From positions 64,001 through 128,000 of the forward strand of contig CAXULY010000008.1 in NCBI GenBank assembly GCA_964252075.1: a DNA stretch of 64,000 bases, read 5' to 3'. This document shows positions 57,531 through 64,000 of this stretch, in pieces. The notes below the pieces were generated by a model, which searched no databases, had not been told where the DNA came from, and worked only from the letters and a program-made list of their open reading frames with translations. Source of the DNA: an uncultured Deinococcaceae bacterium (GTDB lineage Bacteria; Deinococcota; Deinococci; Deinococcales; Deinococcaceae). Within the stretch, counting starts at the first letter, position 1; every line of letters begins with the position of its first letter. The position numbers and the translations under genes are program-made.

Positions 57531-59585
57531 TCACAGCGTGCGTTCGTCCGGGTAGCAGTAAATCCAGTGCTCGCCCAGCTCCAGGCTGTGAATGACCGGA
57601 TGGCGCGTCACGTGCGCGTGCTGCGTGGCGTGCCGGTTCTTGCTGCTGTCGCAGCAGCCCACGTGCCCGCAGGTCATGCACACGCGCAGGTGCACCCACG
57701 AGTCCCCGAGCGCCACGCACTCCGGACACACGCCCTCCACCTCGGGCTGCACGCCCGTGAGGCCGTGCGTGTGCTCGCACATCTCCTGCTGCTCCGGCGT
57801 GAGCGTCACGCGCGGCGTGCCCGGGTCGTCCAGCCCGAGCTGCGCGAGCACGCTGCGCGACACCGCCTGCGCGCTGGTCAGCACGGTGTTCGCCCCCGCG
57901 TTCAGGAGCAGGCCCGTCTCCTCGGGCTCCTCGGTGTGCGCGATGATCGGCAGGGTGGCGTTCAGGGCGCGCGCGACACTCACGGCGCGCGCCGCCATCT
58001 CCGGCTGATCATCCAGCACCAGCAGCGCCCGCGCCTGCTGAATGCCCGCCTCCGCCAGCAGGCCCGAGCGGGCGTAATCCCCGATCACGACGGGCACGTC
58101 GTGTTCCGCGACCCTCGCGGCGCCGTCCGGGCTGAGTGTCAGCACCCCGAACGGCACGCCGCGCGCGTGCAGGTCGTGCGCGAGCTGCGTCGCGTGCGGC
58201 CCGAACCCCGCCAGGATCACGTGGTTGTGCAGGTGCGCCAGCGGCTCCTGCGCGTCCGGGGTGGGCGCCACGGCAGGCGGTGGTTTCGCCGCCCGGCTCG
58301 CCTTGCGACCCCCCAGCTGCTCCCCGATGCGCGCCATCAGCGGGGTGAGCGCCATCAGCATCCCCGTCGCCGCGATGAAGGTCTGCGTGCCCACCGCGCC
58401 CAGCCCGGCGGGCGTGAGCCCCACCGCGCGCCCGCTGCCCTCCAGCACGAACGAGAACTCCCCGACCTGCGCGATCAGCCAGCCCGTCGAGGTCGCCACG
58501 GCGAGCGGCTCGCCCAGCAGGCGCACGCTGGCCGTCGTGACGAGCGCCTTCACGAGCGCGATCAGCACGATGGCGCCCAGCACCAGCGGCAGCTGCGTCA
58601 CCATGAAGCGCACGTCCAACTGCAGGCCCACCGACAGGAAGAACGCCGCGCTGAACAGAATCTGCAGCGGCAGGATCTCCCCGAGCGCCTGGCGCCCGAA
58701 GCGGCTCTCGCTCACCAGCAGGCCCGCCAGGAACGCGCCCAGCGCGAGGCTCACGCCCGCCAAGCTGGTGAGGTACGCCGTCGCGAAGCACGCCGCGAGC
58801 GTCGTGAGCAAGAAGATCTCCTGCGAGCACGTGCGCGCCACCACCTCCAGCAGTTTCGGCACCACGCGCCGCGCCAGCAGCAGCACCGCCGCCACGATGC
58901 CGCCTGCCTTCGCGAGCGCCACCACGATGCCCAGCGCCCCGCCGCCCTGCCCGGCCAGCATGGGCACCAGCAGCACCATCACCACCACCGCGAGGTCCTG
59001 AAAGATCAATATGCCGAGGCTCACCTGCCCCGTGCGGGTGCCCGCCCCGCCGCGCGCTGTGAGGACCTTCGTCACGATGGCGGTGCTGGACAGCGCCAGC
59101 AGAAACCCAGTGAACACCCCGTTCGGGATGCTCACCCCGGTGAACGCCAGGAGCGCCGCCGCGACCAGCACCGTGAGGCCCACCTGCAGGCCGCCCCCCA
59201 GGAAGATCAGGCGCGCGATGCGCGACAGGCGCTCCAGGCTGAACTCAATGCCGATCGCGAACAGGAGCAGCATCACGCCGATTTCACTCGCGCCCGAGAT
59301 GACCGCCGGGTCGCGAATCACGCCCAGCACCGACGGGCCCGCCAGCACGCCCGCCAGCAGGAACCCCACGATGGGCATCAGCCCGAAGCGAAAGGACACG
59401 TACGCGGCGGCGCCCGCCACGATGAGGAGCAGCGTGAGCTGCCCCATGAAGGGGGGCGCGCCGTGCGTCTCGGCCGCCAGCGCACCGCCGCTCAGCATGG
59501 CCAGGAGCGGCAGCGCCCACGCCACGCTGAGGCGCGCCCGGCGTCGTGAGGGAACCGCGGTCCAGGAAAGGGGCGAGCGCATCAT
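57531..59585 (-). CDS. CPA2/Kef-type cation:proton antiporter with TrkA_N domain and C-terminal UBP-type zinc finger
   Basis: GFLLAG, LFAIGIE, LSSTAIV, LIFQD, GAFLAG, QVGEFSF, ILAGFG, and C-terminal CEH...CPEC...WVHLRVCMTCGHVGCCDSSKNRHATQH...WIYCY. Confidence 0.93.
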   Translation of the reverse strand: MMRSPLSWTAVPSRRRARLSVAWALPLLAMLSGGALAAETHGAPPFMGQLTLLLIVAGAAAYVSFRFGLMPIVGFLLAGVLAGPSVLGVIRDPAVISGASEIGVMLLLFAIGIEFSLERLSRIARLIFLGGGLQVGLTVLVAAALLAFTGVSIPNGVFTGFLLALSSTAIVTKVLTARGGAGTRTGQVSLGILIFQDLAVVVMVLLVPMLAGQGGGALGIVVALAKAGGIVAAVLLLARRVVPKLLEVVARTCSQEIFLLTTLAACFATAYLTSLAGVSLALGAFLAGLLVSESRFGRQALGEILPLQILFSAAFFLSVGLQLDVRFMVTQLPLVLGAIVLIALVKALVTTASVRLLGEPLAVATSTGWLIAQVGEFSFVLEGSGRAVGLTPAGLGAVGTQTFIAATGMLMALTPLMARIGEQLGGRKASRAAKPPPAVAPTPDAQEPLAHLHNHVILAGFGPHATQLAHDLHARGVPFGVLTLSPDGAARVAEHDVPVVIGDYARSGLLAEAGIQQARALLVLDDQPEMAARAVSVARALNATLPIIAHTEEPEETGLLLNAGANTVLTSAQAVSRSVLAQLGLDDPGTPRVTLTPEQQEMCEHTHGLTGVQPEVEGVCPECVALGDSWVHLRVCMTCGHVGCCDSSKNRHATQHAHVTRHPVIHSLELGEHWIYCYPDERTL

Positions 59586-59628
59586 GGCTCAGTATGCAAG
59601 ACAGCCCCGCCACCTGGGCCCAGCGCGC

Positions 59629-60357
59629 TCAACGGCCGTCCTGACTCAGCTGCTCTCCGAAGCGCCGCGCCTCGCGCTCCAGCGCCTCCGCGAGGCCCGC
59701 GCGGCCCTGATGCACGATGGCCCGTACGCGGCTCAGCTGATCGGCGCTCAGGCGCGCCTTCGCGGCGGCGTCGCCGTAACTGGCGGTGCGGCCCGTCACG
59801 CCGCGAATCACGCCCGCCACGAACGCCGCGTCCAGGCGGCCCTCCGCGCGGATGCTGCGCATGGGGTGCAGGTCCAGCCACGCGGCGCGCGTCACGAGCG
59901 CCCGCACCGCCTCCGCGAGGCTCGGCGCGGGCTCGGCCAGCACGTCCGCCTCCCGCACCTGCCGCGCCGCCTGCGTGAGCGCCTCCGGCGTGAGGTCGTC
60001 CGTGCCCGCCACCCAGCCGGGCGCGCGCGCCCCCACCAGCGCCGGGATGGAGAGCGCGTCCAGCACCCGGCGCCGCTCGTTCAGCTCCAGGTCCGTGGCG
60101 TCCACCAGGGCGTTCAGCGCGGCCTCGTGGTCGGGTCCGTTCAGGCGCGCGAGCCAGCCCTGACTCGCGCGCCACCCCTGCAGCTGCGTGGGGTCCTGCG
60201 TGACGGGGTAACCGGGGTCCAGGTCGTACAGGGTCAGGTCGTGGCGCGCCAGGAGCGTGCGCAGGGCCCCCGCCGCCTTGTCCCGCTCGCCGCCCTGCGC
60301 GCCCAGGTACAGGTTCAGCAGCTTGCGGGCGCGTTCGATGCTGTGCTCGTCCGGCAT
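59629..60357 (-). CDS. Hypothetical protein (N-terminus resembles DUF2786-type helical hairpin)
   Basis: IERARKLLNLY...GERDKAAGALRTLLARHDLTL; coding-like codon usage. Confidence 0.7.
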   Translation of the reverse strand: MPDEHSIERARKLLNLYLGAQGGERDKAAGALRTLLARHDLTLYDLDPGYPVTQDPTQLQGWRASQGWLARLNGPDHEAALNALVDATDLELNERRRVLDALSIPALVGARAPGWVAGTDDLTPEALTQAARQVREADVLAEPAPSLAEAVRALVTRAAWLDLHPMRSIRAEGRLDAAFVAGVIRGVTGRTASYGDAAAKARLSADQLSRVRAIVHQGRAGLAEALEREARRFGEQLSQDGR

Positions 60358-60441
60358 GCCGTCAGGCTCGCGGCGGGTGGGGGAGGGCGGGGCGCGTCAT
60401 GTCCCGCATGATACTGGCGCGCCGCGCCCACCCACCGCGCT

Positions 60442-61179
60442 TCAGATGCCCCAGCCGCCGTCCACCAGCAGTTCCTGCCCGGTGATGTACGCGGCGAGCG
60501 GCGTGGCAAGGTACGCGACGGCGGACGCCACCTCATCCGCCGTGCCGAAACGCGCGGCGGGAATGCGCGCGAGGGTGCGCGCCTCCGCCGCCTCGTCCGC
60601 GAACACCTCCGCGAGGCGTTCGGTGGCGGTGTAGCCGGGCGCGACGGTGTTCGCGGTGACGCCGTCGCGCGCCACCTCCAGCGCCAGCGAACGCAAATAA
60701 TTCGTGACGCCCGCCCGCATGGCGTTGCTGACCGGCAGGCCCGGCGAGGGGCGCCCCACCGTGAGGCTCGTGATGGCGATGACGCGCCCCCAGCGCTGCG
60801 CGCGCATGTGCGGCAGCACGCCATTCGCGAGGCGCACGGTGCTCATGAAGGTCAGCTCGTACCCCGCGCGCCAGCCGTCCTCCGACACCGCGCTTGGCAG
60901 GCCCGTGGGGGGGCCGCCCGCGTTCGACACCAGGATGTCCACGTCCCCCGCCTCAGCGAGCAGCGCGCGCACGCCCGCCTCGCTGCTCACGTCGCCCACG
61001 ATGGCGCGCGCGCCCAGCTGCCGCGCGGCGTCGTTCAGCGGCGCCTCGCCGCGCGCGGAGATGATCACCTTCGCGCCCAGCGCGCTCAGCTGCGCCGCCG
61101 CCGCGAACCCGATGCCCTTGCTCGCGCCCGTCACGAGCGCCCGCCTGCCCTCCAGACTCCAGCCGTTCGGGACTGTCAT
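60442..61179 (-). CDS. SDR family oxidoreductase
   Basis: TGASKGIG, SNAGGP, SNAMR in place of YxxxK, PG, VDGG. Confidence 0.92.
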   Translation of the reverse strand: MTVPNGWSLEGRRALVTGASKGIGFAAAAQLSALGAKVIISARGEAPLNDAARQLGARAIVGDVSSEAGVRALLAEAGDVDILVSNAGGPPTGLPSAVSEDGWRAGYELTFMSTVRLANGVLPHMRAQRWGRVIAITSLTVGRPSPGLPVSNAMRAGVTNYLRSLALEVARDGVTANTVAPGYTATERLAEVFADEAAEARTLARIPAARFGTADEVASAVAYLATPLAAYITGQELLVDGGWGI

Positions 61180-61258
61180 GACGGCAGGCTAGCAGGCGCG
61201 CCGGCTGTCACGCCCGGGGTACCGCCCCGCCCCCGCCATGCGCGGGTACGCTGCCCGC

Positions 61259-61660
61259 ATGACCGAAGCCCTGATCACCGGCCTGGATCACGTGCAGGTG
61301 TGCGCCCCGCCCGACTGCGAGGCGGCCGCACGCGCCTTCTTCACGGGCGTGCTGGGCCTCCCGGAACTCCAGAAGCCCGAACGGCTGCGCGCCAACGGCG
61401 GCGCGTGGTTCGGCCTGCCCGACGGGCGGCAACTGCACGTGGGCGTGCAGCTGCCCTTCACGCCCGCCGACAAGGCGCACCCCTGCCTGCGCTGCGCGGA
61501 CCTCGACCGTGTGGTGGCGCACCTGAACGCGCGCGGCGTCACGACCACCCCGGACGACCGCGCGGGCGGGCGGCGCGTGTACCTTCAGGACCCCTGGGGG
61601 AACCGCTTCGAGATCGTGGAGGACCGGCACGCCAGCGTGCCCCTCACCGCCGCACTCTAG
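61259..61660 (+). CDS. VOC/glyoxalase family protein
   Basis: LDHVQV, FFTGVLGL, GGAWF, QLH, AHP, DPWGNRFE. Confidence 0.92.
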   Translation: MTEALITGLDHVQVCAPPDCEAAARAFFTGVLGLPELQKPERLRANGGAWFGLPDGRQLHVGVQLPFTPADKAHPCLRCADLDRVVAHLNARGVTTTPDDRAGGRRVYLQDPWGNRFEIVEDRHASVPLTAAL

Positions 61661-61669
61661 ACTGACCGC

Positions 61670-62437
61670 ATGACTGCCGTAACCGTGCCGCGTGACGAAC
61701 TGGTGGGGTGGCTGGGGCGCTACCTGCGCCTCAGCAGCTTCAAGGACTGGAGCAACAACGGTCTGCAGGTGGAGGGCGCCGACACCATCACGCGCCTCGC
61801 CGTGGCGGTGGACGCCTCGCAGCGCACCATCGAGGAGGCCGCCGAGCAGGGCGCGCAGATGCTCATCACGCACCACGGGCTGTTCTGGGGCGCGCCCGTC
61901 ATGGTGACGGGACCGCACCGCCGTCGCCTGCAAGCCGCGCTGGACGCCGGGTTGAGCCTCTACGCCGCGCACCTGCCGCTCGACGCGCACCCCGAGGTGG
62001 GGAACAACGCCATGATTGCCCGCGCGCTCAGCCTGCAGGACACCGCTGGCTTCGGGGAGTCGCAGGGGCAGACCATCGGCGTGGCGGGCGAACTGCCCTT
62101 CCCGCTGCCGCTGCAGGACCTCGCGGACCGCATGCAGAAACTCACGGGCGAGATCTGCCTCGTGCACGGCGGCGGGCCCGGCGAGGCGCGCCGCGTCGCC
62201 GTGATCAGCGGCAGCGCCAGCGGTGAGATCCCCGAGGTGGCGCGCGCCGGGTACGACACCTTCGTGACGGGCGAACCGAAGCACCAGCACTTCAACGACG
62301 CCTTCGAGTACGGCGTGAACGTCATCTACGCCGGGCACTACGAGACCGAGGTGTTCGGCGTGCGGGCGCTCGCGGCGCGCATCGAGGAGGAGTTCGGGTT
62401 GCCGTGGCAGTTCATTCACGCGCCCACCGGCCTGTGA
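61670..62437 (+). CDS. Nif3-like dinuclear metal protein (YbgI family)
   Basis: NGLQVEG, THHGLFW, HLPLDAH..VGNN, AGHYETE. Confidence 0.95.
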   Translation: MTAVTVPRDELVGWLGRYLRLSSFKDWSNNGLQVEGADTITRLAVAVDASQRTIEEAAEQGAQMLITHHGLFWGAPVMVTGPHRRRLQAALDAGLSLYAAHLPLDAHPEVGNNAMIARALSLQDTAGFGESQGQTIGVAGELPFPLPLQDLADRMQKLTGEICLVHGGGPGEARRVAVISGSASGEIPEVARAGYDTFVTGEPKHQHFNDAFEYGVNVIYAGHYETEVFGVRALAARIEEEFGLPWQFIHAPTGL

Positions 62438-62447
62438 GCGGGCGCGC

Positions 62448-63074
62448 GTGAGCCTCTTCATCACCTTCGAGGGCCCGGAGGGCGGCGGCAAGAGCACCCA
62501 GGTCACGCGCCTCGCCGCGCGCCTGACCGCGCAGGGCGTGACGCACCTCGTGACGCGCGAGCCGGGCGGCACGCCGCTCGGCTCGCGCGTGCGGGAACTC
62601 GTGCTGATGGACCCGGACCTGGACGTCTCGCCCCTCTCGGAGTTCCTGCTGTACAGCGCCAGCCGCGCGCAACTCGTGCGGGACGTGCTGCGGCCCGCCC
62701 TCGCGCGCGGCGAGGTGATCGTCTGCGACCGGTACGCGGACAGCAGTGCCGCTTACCAGGGCATGGGGCGCGGCCTGCCGGAAGCCTTCGTGACGGACGT
62801 GACGTGGGAGGCGACGGGCGGCCTGCGCCCGCACCTCACCTTCCTGCTGGACCTCGACCCCGCAGAGGGCCTCAGGCGCGCCGCACGCAAGGGCGCGCCC
62901 GACCGCCTGGAGCGCGCGGACCTAGAGTTCCACCGCCGCGTGCGCGCGGGCTTCCTCGCGATTGCGGGCGCGGAACCGGAGCGCGTCATGGTGCTGGACG
63001 CCACCCTCCCCGAGGCCGACATCGAGGCGGCCATCTGGTCCGTCGTCGCGCGGGCGCTCGGTCAGCTCGCCTGA
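62448..63074 (+). CDS. tmk: Thymidylate kinase
   Basis: FEGPEGGGKST, REPGG, CDRYADSSAAYQG, DRLE. Confidence 0.97.
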   Translation: MSLFITFEGPEGGGKSTQVTRLAARLTAQGVTHLVTREPGGTPLGSRVRELVLMDPDLDVSPLSEFLLYSASRAQLVRDVLRPALARGEVIVCDRYADSSAAYQGMGRGLPEAFVTDVTWEATGGLRPHLTFLLDLDPAEGLRRAARKGAPDRLERADLEFHRRVRAGFLAIAGAEPERVMVLDATLPEADIEAAIWSVVARALGQLA

Positions 63075-63081
63075 GCCCCCT

Positions 63082-63903
63082 TCAGTCCCCCAGGCTGCTG
63101 CTGCCCCCCACGCCCGGCAGCGCCGAACCCGGCACGATCTGCACCTCCGACAGGGTCGGCCACAGCTTCCCCGTGACGTACAGGCGCTGACTCACGGCGT
63201 TGAACGCGATGCCGTTCAGCACCCCATTGCTGTCCGTCACGCCCGCCTGACGCGCCGCCTGCACGAGGGGCCGCGCGTCAATCCAGGCGGTCACCTGCCC
63301 GCTGCGCGGGTCAATGCGCGCGATCCAGTCCGAGTACCACACGTTCGCATACAGCTGCCCGTTCATGAACTCCAGCTCGTTGATGCGCGTGAGGGGCCGC
63401 CCGCGGTCCCGCACCGCCAGCGTTCCCGTGACCTTCAGGGTGGTGGGGTCGAGGAACCGCAGCTGGTCCGTGCCGTCACTCATGATGAGACGACCGCCGT
63501 CCGTGGTGAGACCCCAGCCTTCATTCGGGTACGTGAAGGTCCCCAGCGGCTTGAAGGTCTGCTCGTCGTACACGAAGCCCACCTTCGTCTGCCACGTCAG
63601 CTGGTACAGGCGGCCCTTCAGCGCCGTGAGACCCTCCCCGAAGTACTGCGCGCCCAGCCGCACGCGGCGCGTCACGCGGCCCGTCGCGAGGTCCACCTGC
63701 CTCAACTCGGACGCGCCGTTCAGGCCGACGCTCTCGTACAGGCCGCCGTCACTGAAGGTCAGGCCCTCCGTGAAGGCCCCCTGGTCGTGCGGTGTCTGCG
63801 CCACCACCCGCAAAGCCAGCGCCTGCGGCTTCACGGGGTCCGCCGACTGCGCGCACGCGCTCACGCTGGCGAGCGCCAGCCACCACACTCCACGCCTCAT
63901 CAC
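63082..63903 (-). CDS. Secreted glutaminyl-peptide cyclotransferase
   Basis: PHD..AFTEGL, YESVG, FGEGL, QLTW, EGWGL, NELE, LNGIA, TGKLW. Confidence 0.93.
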   Translation of the reverse strand: MMRRGVWWLALASVSACAQSADPVKPQALALRVVAQTPHDQGAFTEGLTFSDGGLYESVGLNGASELRQVDLATGRVTRRVRLGAQYFGEGLTALKGRLYQLTWQTKVGFVYDEQTFKPLGTFTYPNEGWGLTTDGGRLIMSDGTDQLRFLDPTTLKVTGTLAVRDRGRPLTRINELEFMNGQLYANVWYSDWIARIDPRSGQVTAWIDARPLVQAARQAGVTDSNGVLNGIAFNAVSQRLYVTGKLWPTLSEVQIVPGSALPGVGGSSSLGD

Positions 63904-63943
63904 CCCATCACTATAGGGGCGGCGTCTGAAGGCCAGATGGCGC

Positions 63944-64000
63944 TTACTGCGCGGCGGGCCGCACGAAGGCCGCCGAGTCGTAGTACGTGCGGAAGGCCGT
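63944..64000 (-). CDS. 3' end of an unidentified CDS entering from outside the window
   Basis: Minus frame reads TAFRTYYDSAAFVRPAAQ* with GC3-rich codons. Confidence 0.55.
   Translation of the reverse strand, partial: TAFRTYYDSAAFVRPAAQ

Overview
Very GC-rich bacterial chromosomal window. Gene content and the pervasive TANNNT-(5-7 nt)-ATG/GTG leaderless promoters suggest Deinococcus (inference). It is mostly core or housekeeping DNA: mrp with a SufR-like regulator, guaA, yacL-like PIN/TRAM, radA, clpC/clpA-type ATPase, class V aminotransferase, DHH phosphoesterase, holA, hemB, sdhCDAB, speD-like, a MoxR/DUF58 cluster, recG, mraY, murF, DAK2/Asp23, ald with an Lrp regulator, cyclophilin, ltaE, a GH43 sugar ABC operon, a Kef-type antiporter, Nif3, tmk and glutaminyl cyclase. 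I saw no rRNA, tRNA, CRISPR array, transposase, integrase or prophage. The most interesting signals are outside the ORF track: (1) a roughly 270-nt intergenic segment (50028-50295) that can fold into a long closing stem with hairpins, a kink-turn-like motif and a pseudoknot, and matches no RNA family I recognise; (2) a roughly 58-nt candidate sRNA with an anti-Shine-Dalgarno-like loop (17208-17266); (3) an RDRM/DdrO-like box over the promoter of DUF2087-radA-PIN/TRAM; (4) a 45-aa protein below the ORF-track cut-off. Protein-level oddities include tandem paralogous lipoproteins with Ca-loop motifs, an antiporter fused to a UBP-type zinc finger, a membrane pseudokinase and a cysteine-free NuoE-like protein. 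All family calls come from motif recognition by eye; no searches or folding programs were run.
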